From positions 27,348-91,347 of the forward strand of contig JBAXDL010000003.1 of the NCBI GenBank assembly GCA_037140955.1: DNA of 64,000 bases. Direction: 5' to 3'. This document shows, in pieces, positions 47,262 to 58,065 of the stretch; position 1 is the first letter of the stretch, and every line of letters begins with the position of its first letter. The translations under genes were made by a program, and so were the position numbers. The notes under the pieces were generated by a model that saw nothing but the letters and a program-made list of their open reading frames with translations, was not told the DNA's origin and searched no databases. The DNA comes from a bacterium. GTDB lineage: Bacteria > Patescibacteriota > Minisyncoccia > Moranbacterales > GWC2-37-73.

Positions 47262-48302
47262 TTATTCTCCAGCCAGCTGACCACAGGCTGCCTTGATCTC
47301 ATCGCCAAGACTTTTTCTGATAGTTGCATGAACTTGATATTTCTCAAGTTCATTTTTAAATATTTGCGTTCTGGTTTTAGAAGAAGGTTTTAGGTTTTCA
47401 CTAGTAGCATTATATCGAATAAGATTCATATGCAAAAGATGATTATTCCCAATTGAACAAATAAAATCTGAAAGTTGTTTTGCATCAAGAGCTGTGTCGT
47501 TTATGCCATCCAGCATGATATATTCCAAAAAAACCTTACGCTTAGTGATGACAAAATAATTCTTGAGGGCATTTTTTAATGCCTCCATGTTATCCAATTT
47601 ATTTACTGGCATATACAGGTCGCGTTTTTTGTCATTAGCAAAATGCAAAGAAATTGCCAAGTTCACCTGTGGAAACTCTTGAGACATTTTTTCAATTCCT
47701 TTTGCAATTCCAGAAGTGGAAACTGAAATGCTGCGAGATCCAAAACCAAATAGCTTTTCATCAATCAAAACAGCAATACTATCTGAAACATTTTTCCAAT
47801 TATTAAAAGGCTCCCCCATTCCCATATAAACAATAGTTGAAACTTGCTCACTTTTTGCTTTTAGATTTTTGCTTTTAGATTTTAAATACTGACGCCAAAA
47901 TAAAACTTGATCAGTAATTTCTTCACAACTCAAATCACGCTTAAACCCAATTTTTCCTGTCGCGCAAAACCTGCAACCCATCGCACATCCAACCTGACAT
48001 GAAATGCAAGCTGACCATGTGTCGGGCTTTGGCGAAATCAAAACCGTTTCAATCAAATTTCCATCATTCAATTTCAAAAGCGCTTTAATTGATTGTCCAT
48101 CCTTGGCAACCAAAACCTTTTCAACATTAAAAGAAAGTAATTGCAGTTCTTGTTGCATTTTTTCTCGCAAATCCTTGGACAAAGTTGAAATTTCAGCAAA
48201 AGAAGAAACACCATCAGCAAAGATAGCTTTTGTTATTTGACCAAAACGAAATTTTGGCAAATTATTTTCCTGCAAGAAATTTTGAAGTTTTATTATATCC
48301 AT
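47262..48302 (-). CDS. rlmN: 23S rRNA (adenine2503-C2)-methyltransferase, radical SAM (RlmN/Cfr family).
   Basis: CQVGCAMGCRFCATG cluster, C-terminal conserved Cys in AACGQLAG. 346 aa. Confidence 0.85.
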   Translation of the reverse strand: MDIIKLQNFLQENNLPKFRFGQITKAIFADGVSSFAEISTLSKDLREKMQQELQLLSFNVEKVLVAKDGQSIKALLKLNDGNLIETVLISPKPDTWSACISCQVGCAMGCRFCATGKIGFKRDLSCEEITDQVLFWRQYLKSKSKNLKAKSEQVSTIVYMGMGEPFNNWKNVSDSIAVLIDEKLFGFGSRSISVSTSGIAKGIEKMSQEFPQVNLAISLHFANDKKRDLYMPVNKLDNMEALKNALKNYFVITKRKVFLEYIMLDGINDTALDAKQLSDFICSIGNNHLLHMNLIRYNATSENLKPSSKTRTQIFKNELEKYQVHATIRKSLGDEIKAACGQLAGE

Positions 48303-48340
48303 CTTAACTATTCTGCCTTTATATATTTATATCAAACAAA

Positions 48341-48910
48341 TCATACTATCATTACTAACAATTTAAATGCCAGCCAGCCATAAAAAAATCCCAGCAGTAT
48401 TCCAGCCAAAATATCACTAGGATAATGCATGCCATTGTGCAGACGAGAAAAGGCCATCAACAAAACAAAAGCAGCAGCACACAAAAATAGTGATGGGTAA
48501 AAACTGACAATCACAAAGAGCATGGCCACTGTTGTTGCCATGTGGCTCGATGGAAATGATGAATCAGAAAATTTCTTCCCAACTGATTTTATTAATTTTG
48601 GAAAAGAAACGAATGGCCGCTTTCGCTTGGGAACAAAAAACAGCAACAAGTGCTTAATCAAAAGCTCAGTTATTCCAAAATGCAAAATCGCAACCAGGAC
48701 AATTGCCATTAAAAATGATTTTATTATTTCGGGATGTCGTAATATTGCAACCACAGCAAGCGCTGACCAAAAAAAGGCCAGGAAAGGAATTGAATTCAAA
48801 AAAGACAAAAAAATATCCATCCTTTTTGAACCAAGGTCATTAAAATATTTTACAATTTTTATTTCAAATTTATCCATCAGGCAGTAGAAATTCAAATGAG
48901 CTATGCTCAA
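48341..48910 (-). CDS. PAP2-family membrane phosphatase.
   Basis: PSSH and SR-x5-H-x3-D motifs (SFPSSHMATT...SRLHNGMHYPSDILAG). 189 aa with 5-6 TM. Confidence 0.65.
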   Translation of the reverse strand: MSIAHLNFYCLMDKFEIKIVKYFNDLGSKRMDIFLSFLNSIPFLAFFWSALAVVAILRHPEIIKSFLMAIVLVAILHFGITELLIKHLLLFFVPKRKRPFVSFPKLIKSVGKKFSDSSFPSSHMATTVAMLFVIVSFYPSLFLCAAAFVLLMAFSRLHNGMHYPSDILAGILLGFFYGWLAFKLLVMIV

Positions 48911-49010
48911 GTAAAATTATAATTTACAAATAAAAGCTTGCCATGCAAAAAGCAATAAAAAATGATCTAGCATCATAAAAATCTTTGAATTTTCACTGCC
49001 TGATCCATTT

Positions 49011-50477
49011 CTATATAACACTAACGATTATCATACCAACTAGTGCGATTGTAGTAACGATAACAGCAGACCAGCCAAATATCTTAACCCACAAAGGATT
49101 AGTCTCACTACCCATTATTTTCTTATCATCCCCTATTTTCATAATAATAGCCAGCAGTGGCAAAGCAATCACTCCATTCAAAAAGGCTGACCAATACAGC
49201 GCCTTTATAGGATTAATACCAAGAAAATTCATACCAAGACCAACCAGGATAGAAATTGCAATCACCAAATAAAAACCCTTAGCCTTTTGGAATTTCTCTT
49301 CTAAGCCATTATTCCAATTCATTAGCTCACTAAGTGCATAGGCTCCACTGCCGGCCAAAATAGGAACAGCCAAAAGACCAGTTCCAATAATACCAATAGC
49401 AAAAAGCAAGAATGCATACTCTCCAGCCAATGGGCGAAGAGCAAGGGCCGCATCTTGAGCTGAATCAATACTTGTTATTCCGTTAGCAAAAAGAACATTA
49501 GCAGTTGTCAGTACAATGAAAAAGAAAACAATATTAGCCAAAATCATCCCAGCATCAACATCAGTGCGCATGCGTGCAACACGACTGCAAACTTCGGTTT
49601 TATTTTTTTTACAATTATTCATTTTACCATCCTCAACCTCCTCTGAAGCCTGCCAAAAGAAAAGATATGGTGTAATCGTTGTTCCAAAAACAGCAATCAT
49701 TGCAAAAATATATTCTTTTGTGAAAGATATATTTGGCACAAATGAGTGCTTGAATATATTTATCCAATCAGGATGCGTCATAAAGCCGGCCACAATATAT
49801 GCAAAAACTGAAATTGTGAGCCATTTTAAAAATTTAACATACACGTGATATTTAACAAAAATCTCAAGCAAAATAATAATTACTGCAAAAGATATTGCTC
49901 CAACTGCATAGTTAATACCAGAAATCATATTCAAAGATGCTGCCATAGCACCGAGGTCAGCACCAATATTGGCAATATTGGCAATCATCAAAAGCAAAAC
50001 TGCCATCATCACTGTTCTTTTTTTGAAATATTTCTTTAGCACCGCAGCCAATCCCTTATTAGTGACGATTCCAATACGAGCACAAGTTTCCTGGATTGCA
50101 AGCATCATTGGCAAAAGCCAAGCAGCCATCCAAAGAATGTTCAAACCAAATTTAGCACCAACCGCACTATAAGTTCCAATTCCACCTGGATCATCATCAG
50201 ATGCTCCAGTGATAAGCCCTGGCCCAAGAGCACGCACAAACAAATATGCTTTCTTGGCAGGATTTCCAATGATATTTTTGGCAACATCAATTTCTGTTTT
50301 TGCGATCTGTAAAGTTCCATCAACAGTTCGCACCGCCTCAACCTCACCCCAGACAATCAACTTTTTCACCAAAATCAAAGGCACACCAAGCTCCCTTCGA
50401 AATTCGGAGAGTGTTAAGAAATTTTCTGATTTTTTTTCTACGGAAATATCTGCATTTGGCTGCTTTTTAATTCCCAC
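49011..50477 (-). CDS. mntH: NRAMP-family divalent metal cation transporter, with an N-terminal extension of about 55 aa.
   Basis: GPGLITGASDDDPGGIGTYSAVGAKFGL..LW matches the NRAMP signature (GPG....DPGN......G...G..LLW). 488 aa with about 11 TM. Confidence 0.6.
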   Translation of the reverse strand: MGIKKQPNADISVEKKSENFLTLSEFRRELGVPLILVKKLIVWGEVEAVRTVDGTLQIAKTEIDVAKNIIGNPAKKAYLFVRALGPGLITGASDDDPGGIGTYSAVGAKFGLNILWMAAWLLPMMLAIQETCARIGIVTNKGLAAVLKKYFKKRTVMMAVLLLMIANIANIGADLGAMAASLNMISGINYAVGAISFAVIIILLEIFVKYHVYVKFLKWLTISVFAYIVAGFMTHPDWINIFKHSFVPNISFTKEYIFAMIAVFGTTITPYLFFWQASEEVEDGKMNNCKKNKTEVCSRVARMRTDVDAGMILANIVFFFIVLTTANVLFANGITSIDSAQDAALALRPLAGEYAFLLFAIGIIGTGLLAVPILAGSGAYALSELMNWNNGLEEKFQKAKGFYLVIAISILVGLGMNFLGINPIKALYWSAFLNGVIALPLLAIIMKIGDDKKIMGSETNPLWVKIFGWSAVIVTTIALVGMIIVSVI

Positions 50478-50497
50478 AATATTTATTCTTAATTTGT

Positions 50498-51526
50498 TTA
50501 AATTATTTCTTTAATTATATTCTCATATTCCCCAAGCTCCAATAGCATCATTAAAATTTTGGCCAACTTGTCACTATCATGGCGAATAAAAGATCGCTGA
50601 AAAGCTAATGCATCAGAATCTGAATATTCATGTTTTTGATCACTCAAAATATTTGCTCTAACCACACGATATTTCCTTTTTAATTTCCTGCCTTCATCAA
50701 AAAGAACCAGCAATTCATTTTGACTTTCATATTTTTTGACCAATCTTGCATCAGGTTTTTTTGCATTAAAAATAACAAAATCAATTCGATCACTGCCAAT
50801 GTATCCATTTATAGAATCAACATATTCATCCAAAGTAAATTTTTCAGTATGCCCTTTTTTGTTTACCAAGTTGCAGTTATACACAACTATTGCTTTTGAT
50901 TTTTTGATTGCTGAAGCAACTCCACCTACCAATAAGTTTGGAATAATACTGCAATAATGATTACCGGGACCAATAATGATAATATCGGCCTCTAGAATTT
51001 TTTCAATGGCACTTTTGTTTGCCATTGCAGCAGGAGAAAGATAATTTTTTTTAATTCCAATTTTTTCAATACTATAATCATGATTTATTTCATTTTCTCC
51101 ACATATTTTCTTGCCATTTTTAAGCTCCATAAAAAGATTAGTGTCCTTGTTGGTAACAGGAATAACATCTCCTTTCACATTCAAAATTCTGGAAGCCTCT
51201 TCGACTCCCTTGGAAAAATTTCTGTTAATCTTTTCAAGCGCTGAAAGAAAAAGATTTCCAAAATTATGGCCCTTAAGACCTCCATCAGCAAAACGATAAT
51301 TCATTAATTCTCTGAGCATCTCAGAAGAATCACTAAGTGCCACCAAACATTGACGCACATCTCCAGGCGGAAGCACTCCAAGCTCATCTCGCAAAACGCC
51401 AGTTGAACCGCCATCATCAGCCATCGAAACAATCGCTGAAATATCAACAGCATATTTTTTGAGCCCACTGAGCAATGTAAAACTCCCAGTTCCGCCACCA
51501 ATTGTAACTATCTTTTTTCTTTGCAT
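50498..51526 (-). CDS. yvcK: YvcK/UPF0052 (CofD-like) family gluconeogenesis-factor-type protein.
   Basis: KIVTIGGGTGSFTLLSGLKKY...MADDGGSTGVLRDELGVLPPGDVRQCLVAL. 342 aa. Confidence 0.75.
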   Translation of the reverse strand: MQRKKIVTIGGGTGSFTLLSGLKKYAVDISAIVSMADDGGSTGVLRDELGVLPPGDVRQCLVALSDSSEMLRELMNYRFADGGLKGHNFGNLFLSALEKINRNFSKGVEEASRILNVKGDVIPVTNKDTNLFMELKNGKKICGENEINHDYSIEKIGIKKNYLSPAAMANKSAIEKILEADIIIIGPGNHYCSIIPNLLVGGVASAIKKSKAIVVYNCNLVNKKGHTEKFTLDEYVDSINGYIGSDRIDFVIFNAKKPDARLVKKYESQNELLVLFDEGRKLKRKYRVVRANILSDQKHEYSDSDALAFQRSFIRHDSDKLAKILMMLLELGEYENIIKEII

Positions 51527-51546
51527 TTATTAAAATATAATATTAG

Positions 51547-51730
51547 TGAGAATAATTTTTTATTTTTGGCGCAATAGCGTCGTGCTTAGCACTCTTTCAA
51601 ACCCCTCGGTTCGAATAATTCCGCCACGGGAAAACCTAGTTTTTCCCGACCCATTTCCTGACAGTTTCTATTGAGCTTTTGGATATTGTGTATTTATCCA
51701 AAAGCATGCCAAAAAGAAAGATGGTAGAAC
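51547..51730 (+). repeat. MITE-like element, copy F, carrying a nested insertion of about 78 bp (51592-51669) that contains gggaaaacctagtttttccc and ggttcgaat motifs.
   Basis: Left end gtgagaataattttttatttttggcgcaatagcgtcg. Right part tgacagtttctattgagcttttggatattgtgtatttatccaaaagcatgccaaaaagaaagatggtagaaca. Hairpin gcttttggat/atccaaaagc. Lies between yvcK and leuS. Confidence 0.7.
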
Positions 51731-51749
51731 AATTTAACTCAAGAAATAT

Positions 51750-54155
51750 TTATTCAACAACAATATTTATAATCTTTCCTGGAACAAAAATAATTTTTTT
51801 GATTTCTTTTCCATCCGTGAAAACTCTCACCTTCTCATTTTCAAGTGCGGTCTCTTTCACCTCATCCTCAAGCACATCCGCAGCCACCATCAATCGCTCG
51901 CGCACTTTTCCATTAACTTGCACCACCATCTCAATCTCATTATCCCTTGAAAGCTTTTCATCGAATTGTGGCCAGCTCTGCAAGAAAATTGATTTTTCAT
52001 TTCCAAGCCCACTCCATAATTCCTCTGCAACATGTGGAGCAAAAGGAGCAAGAACGATGAGCAACGACTGAAAATCATCTTTTGCAATCTTGCTTTCCTT
52101 TTCCATCGCATTTACCAAAATCATCATTTGCGAAATGGCAGTATTAAATCTGAAATTTTCAATATCATCAGAAACTTTTTTGATAGTTTTATGCAACAAA
52201 GAAACAATTTTCTTGTCACTTGAAATATCAGCACTTACTAATTCTTTTACTTTCCAAATCTTATCCAAAAATCTTCGTACGCCACTTACGCCTGTTGTAC
52301 TCCAAGAAACACTTTGCGTAAATGGGCCCATAAACATTTCATATAATCTCATAGCATCAGCGCCATATTCACCAATAATGTCATCTGGATTAACAACATT
52401 ATTCCAGCGCTTGCTCATTTTGCGTCCATCCTCAGCCATAATAAGTCCCACATGTAAAAGTTTTTTGAAGGGCTCAATAGTTGAAACAACTCCAATATCA
52501 TACAAAAATTTATGCCAAAATCTTGCATACAAAAGATGTCTTGTGGCGTGTTCTGCACCACCAACATATAGATCAACAGGCATCCACTGCTTTTCCAAAT
52601 CTTTATCAATTATTACCTTATCATTTTTTGGATCAATATAGCGCAAATAATACCAAGATGAACCTCCCCATTGTGGCATCGTGTTAGTTTCTCTTTTCCC
52701 TAGTCTTCCACACTTTGGACAAGTAGTATTGACCCAATCAGAAATGCTTGCCAATGGTGATTCTCCGGTTCCGGTTGGTTCATAGTTCTCTACCTCAGGA
52801 AGTGTCACTGGCAAATCCTTTTCTGGCACACCAACAGCACCACAATTCTCACAATGAATAATCGGGATTGGCTCACCCCAATATCGCTGGCGAGAATATA
52901 CCCAATCGCGCATTTTGTAATTTACCTTTCTTTTGCCAATTTTTTCTTTTTCTAAATAATCTGCAATTTTTTCTCTAGCCTCAGACGAAGATAAATTTGA
53001 ATATCCATCAGAATTAATAAGAATACCATCATCCGTAAATGCATTTTCAAAAATTGATCCACCTGAAACAACTTCTTTAATCTCAAGATTATATTTTTTT
53101 GCAAACTCAAAATCCCTTTCATCATGGGCTGGCACTGCCATCACAGCCCCTGTTCCATATCCACCCAAAACATAATCGGCCACAAAAAGTGGCACTGATT
53201 TTCCAGTAAAAGGATTCACAACCAAAATACCTTCTAGCCTCACGCCAGTTTTTTCTTTTTGCAATTCGGTTCTTTCTAGATTTGTTTTTTTGTTTGCATC
53301 CTCAATATATTTTTTAACCTCATCAAGATTAGAAATATTTTCCTTCAATTTTTCAATAATTTCATGTTCTGGGGCAACCACGGCATAGGTAATTCCAAAA
53401 GCAGTGTCGATTCTAGTTGTATAAACCTCAATTTTTTCGTCACTACTTTCAATTTGCATTGCAAATTGAACACCTTCACTTCTACCAATCCAGTTTTTTT
53501 GTTGCTCAACAATCATATCTTCCCATTCAAGCTGGGGACTATCAAGATCATACAAAAGCCTGTCTGCATAGTCGGTCATTTTCAAAACCCATTGTCGCAT
53601 TTGTTTTTGCTCAACAACACTTCCACATCTCTCGCATTTTCCATCCTCCAAATCCTCATTAGAAAGCCCTGTCTTACAACTTGGACACCAATTGATTGGC
53701 GCATTTGATTCATAGGCTAAACCCTTCTCAAAAAGCTTCAAGAAAATCCACTGCGTCCACTTACAATAAGCAGGGTCAGTGGTATTAATTTCCCTATCCC
53801 AGTCATAAGTAAAACCAAACATTTCAAGTTGTCTCTTGTAGTTAGCTATACTCCTGGCAGTAAAAACATTTGGATTACTCTTATTTTTGATTGCATAATT
53901 TTCAGCCGGAAGACCAAAAGCATCCCAACCCATTGGATGAAGAACGCTAAATCCATTAAGCATTTTGAAGCGCGCTGTCACATCAGTTGCAATATATCCT
54001 TTCGGATGACCGACATGCAACCCAACTCCTGATGGATATGGAAACATGTCTAAAACATAAAACTTCTTATCACGCGAATAATCCTTATAAGTCCCATTAT
54101 CCTCCCAATATTTTTGCCATTTTTTTTCAATATTTTTTGGTTCGTATTTTTCCAT
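51750..54155 (-). CDS. leuS: Leucyl-tRNA synthetase.
   Basis: HVGHPKGY (HIGH), KMSKRWNN (KMSKS), CP1 editing domain. 801 aa. Confidence 0.95.
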   Translation of the reverse strand: MEKYEPKNIEKKWQKYWEDNGTYKDYSRDKKFYVLDMFPYPSGVGLHVGHPKGYIATDVTARFKMLNGFSVLHPMGWDAFGLPAENYAIKNKSNPNVFTARSIANYKRQLEMFGFTYDWDREINTTDPAYCKWTQWIFLKLFEKGLAYESNAPINWCPSCKTGLSNEDLEDGKCERCGSVVEQKQMRQWVLKMTDYADRLLYDLDSPQLEWEDMIVEQQKNWIGRSEGVQFAMQIESSDEKIEVYTTRIDTAFGITYAVVAPEHEIIEKLKENISNLDEVKKYIEDANKKTNLERTELQKEKTGVRLEGILVVNPFTGKSVPLFVADYVLGGYGTGAVMAVPAHDERDFEFAKKYNLEIKEVVSGGSIFENAFTDDGILINSDGYSNLSSSEAREKIADYLEKEKIGKRKVNYKMRDWVYSRQRYWGEPIPIIHCENCGAVGVPEKDLPVTLPEVENYEPTGTGESPLASISDWVNTTCPKCGRLGKRETNTMPQWGGSSWYYLRYIDPKNDKVIIDKDLEKQWMPVDLYVGGAEHATRHLLYARFWHKFLYDIGVVSTIEPFKKLLHVGLIMAEDGRKMSKRWNNVVNPDDIIGEYGADAMRLYEMFMGPFTQSVSWSTTGVSGVRRFLDKIWKVKELVSADISSDKKIVSLLHKTIKKVSDDIENFRFNTAISQMMILVNAMEKESKIAKDDFQSLLIVLAPFAPHVAEELWSGLGNEKSIFLQSWPQFDEKLSRDNEIEMVVQVNGKVRERLMVAADVLEDEVKETALENEKVRVFTDGKEIKKIIFVPGKIINIVVE

Positions 54156-54390
54156 ATAGCTACAAGATTACAAATTTATATAAACACACAATAATTTATG
54201 TGAGAATATGTTTTTATTTTTTCACTAGAAATAAGTCACTTTGGTGTTATGTCAAAAGTTGCAATTATTTCTCCGTGACAAAAATAAAAACATATTCTCA
54301 CAACTATGCCATACCAACAAATCCATAAAAAATAAAAACAACCATCTTTAATTGTTTTTATGATATCAGAATTTTTATATAAAATCAATA

Positions 54391-55233
54391 CTATTTTTCC
54401 CTCTGTTGAGCCTTAAAGGCCAGATAGACATTTTGCAAAAGACAAGCAATCGTAACAGGGCCAACACCTCCAGGCACTGGCGTAATATAGCCAACATTTT
54501 CAGCAGTAGAAGCAAAATCGACATCCCCAAGAATCTTACCGTCAACATTTTTGATTCCACCATCAACAACAACTGCGCCACTTTTAAGCATTTTTCCAGC
54601 AATAATTCCCGGGATTCCAACCGCACTTATCACAATATCGGCGTTTTTTATTTTGGCAATATTTTGATCAAAACTTGAAGACAAGAAATAGTTCGCAAAA
54701 AACCCATCTTTACCCAAAGCTGCACACATTATTTTTCCAAATTCATCAGAATTTGCAACCACAATAGTATTTTTGCCCACAAGCATCTTTTTGACACTTT
54801 TGATTATTTGCAAAATTGCCAAAGGAAAAACTGGCGCAGCACAATCACTGTCACTCAAAAATAGTTCAATATTTTTCCCATGAAAACCATCAACATCTTT
54901 TTTAGGATTAATAGTTGAGATTATCAAGTCGGTATCAAATTTTTCCAAAATTGGCAATTGCACAATAATACCAGAAACATCATTGTTCTCATTTAATGAA
55001 ACTATTAAATCCACAATTTCACCTTGCTGCACCTCTTCAGTAAATTCATGTAACAAAAATTCAATTCCAATTTCTTTGGCTTTTTTTCTTTTTAATGCAA
55101 CATACAAATGAGAAGCTTGGTCATTGCCAATCAAAATAACATCTAATCGTGGTTTTTTTTCAAAATCAATAAGCTCACTTTGCAATTGAGCCAGAATTTC
55201 ATTCGCAACTAATTTTCCATGAAGCAATTTCAT
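54391..55233 (-). CDS. folD: Bifunctional 5,10-methylene-tetrahydrofolate dehydrogenase / cyclohydrolase.
   Basis: LLHGKLVANEI N-terminus, PGGVGPVTIACLLQN C-terminus. 280 aa. Confidence 0.85.
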   Translation of the reverse strand: MKLLHGKLVANEILAQLQSELIDFEKKPRLDVILIGNDQASHLYVALKRKKAKEIGIEFLLHEFTEEVQQGEIVDLIVSLNENNDVSGIIVQLPILEKFDTDLIISTINPKKDVDGFHGKNIELFLSDSDCAAPVFPLAILQIIKSVKKMLVGKNTIVVANSDEFGKIMCAALGKDGFFANYFLSSSFDQNIAKIKNADIVISAVGIPGIIAGKMLKSGAVVVDGGIKNVDGKILGDVDFASTAENVGYITPVPGGVGPVTIACLLQNVYLAFKAQQREK

Positions 55234-55353
55234 ATTTTTTCAATTATTTAACCATCCTATGAGCATTTAACCACAAAAATAAGTAAATATCAAATGCACA
55301 AACAAAAAAAACAAGCCCACCAAGCTTGCTTGTGATGCTAGTTGCAATTACTT

Positions 55354-56586
55354 CTACTTGTATCTCAGAGCATCAAGAGGATCAATCTTGCTGGCACGAC
55401 GAGCAGGAACCAAGCCAGTCAAAAATCCAACCACTCCAGAAAAAGCCAAAATGGAGAAAATGAACCAAGTTGGAGTATAAAAAAGACTAACACTTTGTCC
55501 ACCAAATCTGGTTGCCACAAAGTTAATGAGCATATTAAAAACCACACCACCAATAAGTCCAATTGAGACACCAGCACAACCACCCAAAAATCCCATGATT
55601 GCAGATTCCATAAAAAACATTACCGAGATGCCAATATCTGAAGCACCGATTGATTTCATAATACCAATCTCCTCTGTTCTTTCAAGCAAGGTAATTGTCA
55701 TGGTGTTAAACATACCGATAGCAGAAACAAAGAGAGCAATAAAACCAAACAACATCAAAATTATTTGCACAACCTTAAAAATTTGATTTGCCTGATCGAC
55801 AGTGTCGGAAAGTGATGAAACCAGGAGGCCATATTCCAAAATAGCATCTCGTATTTTTATCATCTCATTATTTGATTTTGTTTTTACTTTTACTTGACCA
55901 TATTTGTCAATTTTCAAATTGTTAAGCGAAGACATATTTATATAAATAATATTATCCTCACCATCAACAACTCCAACTATTTTATATTTCACACTACTAT
56001 CTACTTTTTCAAACTCGCTTTGTGCTTGCGAATCAGATCCGGAGTCTGAAACATCCTCCGTAGCTTCAACAAATCTTGGAACAAAAAATGAAAATGTCAT
56101 CTCTTTACCAATCATTTCATCCACATTTTTGCCAAAAACTTGCCCAACAGAGCTACTAATAACTATTCCATTAGGAGTGCTGTCATCAAAAAGAATTCCC
56201 TTGCTTGGCTTGAATCCACCAAGTTTTAAAAAGGATGGTTTAGAACCAATAGTGACAAGATCTGCAGACAATTCATCCAAATGACCCTGTGTGGTTATTT
56301 GAAAAGCTGGACTAACATCTTCAACTCCTGGCATTGCTCCAATTTTTTTGATCATTTCTTGATTCAATGAAACAACTCCCGATTTTGCCTCTGAAATATC
56401 CAAAGTGAGGAGAGAATCAGCAGTGGTTATTCTTTCCAAAAGTGTTTTTTGCAAGCCATATCCCAAGGAAACCAAAAACAAAATAGCACCAATACCAATA
56501 CTCATACCCAAAACAGTCAAGAGCGTTCGAGACGTCCTGGCTTTAAACATTCTGGTTGATAATTTAAACAAATCTACAAATTTCAT
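55354..56586 (-). CDS. ABC transporter permease, FtsX/MacB family (TM1, large extracytoplasmic domain, 3 C-terminal TM).
   Basis: 410 aa. N-terminal TM LLTVLGMSIGIGAILFLVSLG, about 230 aa extracytoplasmic, C-terminal FtsX-like TM bundle. Confidence 0.75.
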   Translation of the reverse strand: MKFVDLFKLSTRMFKARTSRTLLTVLGMSIGIGAILFLVSLGYGLQKTLLERITTADSLLTLDISEAKSGVVSLNQEMIKKIGAMPGVEDVSPAFQITTQGHLDELSADLVTIGSKPSFLKLGGFKPSKGILFDDSTPNGIVISSSVGQVFGKNVDEMIGKEMTFSFFVPRFVEATEDVSDSGSDSQAQSEFEKVDSSVKYKIVGVVDGEDNIIYINMSSLNNLKIDKYGQVKVKTKSNNEMIKIRDAILEYGLLVSSLSDTVDQANQIFKVVQIILMLFGFIALFVSAIGMFNTMTITLLERTEEIGIMKSIGASDIGISVMFFMESAIMGFLGGCAGVSIGLIGGVVFNMLINFVATRFGGQSVSLFYTPTWFIFSILAFSGVVGFLTGLVPARRASKIDPLDALRYK

Positions 56587-56603
56587 TTTTTTATTTTTAT
56601 AAA

Positions 56604-57914
56604 CTAGGCTGAATATCGAAGCAACATAATAAGCTCAACTTCCCTAACAACTCTCTCAGCACTACCCTTATACAACCCAACACCACCCAATTTTTTTGGA
56701 GCATCCAGTCTTTGCTGCAAACCAAAACGATCAATCTTGTTTTCAACTCGCAACTTAATGAATGATCTGAATCGCAACATCACATCATCATCAAGCTTTA
56801 GATGATAAAAACTAACTAAATAATCAGAGAAAGTAACAATTCCAGTAGCCTGATCAACATTCAAAGCTTCGGCTTGAAGTAAGATACTCTTGGTTCTTTC
56901 AGTAAAGGATACCGCTCGAACTTTATTCCAACCAGCTCCACCCTTGTCAAAATCAAGATCCAATTTTTCAGCAAGTCCATTGCTATCAATATTTCTAAAC
57001 AAGAATTCTTTCAGCAGATTCTCACCAGCGTTTATCTGTTCCTCATTTAATTCTGAAATAATATGAGCCAAAAGCTGTTTAGCTTTAAACGGAATAAGCA
57101 AAACTCCAACTTGTTGCAAGGAAAGATTTTTAAATGTTCGCATGAGCAATTTAAGTTCACTTGAAATTTCCTCTGGTGTGACGGCAAGATCTTTCTTGAT
57201 AGCATCTTTTGGTCTCTTGTCATGATTGATTTCCTCACTAACTTTCTTCCCATCTTTCATATGGATAATTCTATCAGCATACACGAGATGTTCCGGATTA
57301 TGAGTAACCATGATCAAGGTTTTTTTGTCGATATCATTAATTTCCTTGAAAATGTCAAGCACGTTTTGAGCTGACTCAGAATCAAGATTTCCCACTGGCT
57401 CATCAGCCAAAATTATTTCTGGATCATTAACGAGTGCTCTTGCGATAGAAACGCGCTGCTTTTGTCCACCAGAAAGCATGGCAGGAAATTTGTCAGCTTG
57501 CTCAGCAATACCAAATCGTCGCAAAAGTAGCATCGCTTTTTCCCTTCTTTCCTTGAGCCCTTCTCCGCGAAAAACTTTTGGCAAACAAACATTATCAAGC
57601 ACCGTCAGCGTTTCAATCAAGTAAAAGGCCTGAAAAACCATTCCAATCTGAGTTTGATGAAATTCAACTGTTTCCTTTTTTGTCATTTGCATCAAATTCT
57701 TTCCCTGCACAATAACATCACCATAAGTTGGAGCTTGCAGACCAGAGATACCATAAAGCAAGGTCGACTTTCCACAACCAGATGGACCATAGATAATGAT
57801 ATATTCCTCAGGATAAATTTCAACGCTAACACCATCCAATGAACGAACTTCATTGGATTTTCCTTTGTTATATATAACCCGCAATTGATCAACTTTTATG
57901 CATGGTTCTGCCAT
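56604..57914 (-). CDS. ABC transporter ATP-binding protein (MacB/LolD-like) with a C-terminal extension of about 200 aa from an unknown domain.
   Basis: Walker [10 protein letters not shown], signature [15 protein letters not shown], Walker B ILADEP. 436 aa, with residues 230-436 unassigned. Confidence 0.8.
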   Translation of the reverse strand: MAEPCIKVDQLRVIYNKGKSNEVRSLDGVSVEIYPEEYIIIYGPSGCGKSTLLYGISGLQAPTYGDVIVQGKNLMQMTKKETVEFHQTQIGMVFQAFYLIETLTVLDNVCLPKVFRGEGLKERREKAMLLLRRFGIAEQADKFPAMLSGGQKQRVSIARALVNDPEIILADEPVGNLDSESAQNVLDIFKEINDIDKKTLIMVTHNPEHLVYADRIIHMKDGKKVSEEINHDKRPKDAIKKDLAVTPEEISSELKLLMRTFKNLSLQQVGVLLIPFKAKQLLAHIISELNEEQINAGENLLKEFLFRNIDSNGLAEKLDLDFDKGGAGWNKVRAVSFTERTKSILLQAEALNVDQATGIVTFSDYLVSFYHLKLDDDVMLRFRSFIKLRVENKIDRFGLQQRLDAPKKLGGVGLYKGSAERVVREVELIMLLRYSA

Positions 57915-58065
57915 TTTTTTATTTTTATTTCTACCTCAAGATAATGCCAATCTCATGATTTTTTAAGTTAATTAAGGAATTAAAAAACAAAAAATATTAT
58001 CATGAATGATGACTTAATATTAACACAAAAACAATATACTGACCATACCAAGAAAATTTATCTAA

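Noticed and set aside
51679-52071. The + strand ORF (130 aa) overlapping repeat copy F and the leuS 3' end, and the many other antisense ORFs in the track (for example 1540..1854, 12099..12533, 52090..52641, 23998..24342).
   Set aside because: They are antisense to well-supported conserved genes or lie inside the repeat element. They have low-complexity composition and no SD or promoter context.
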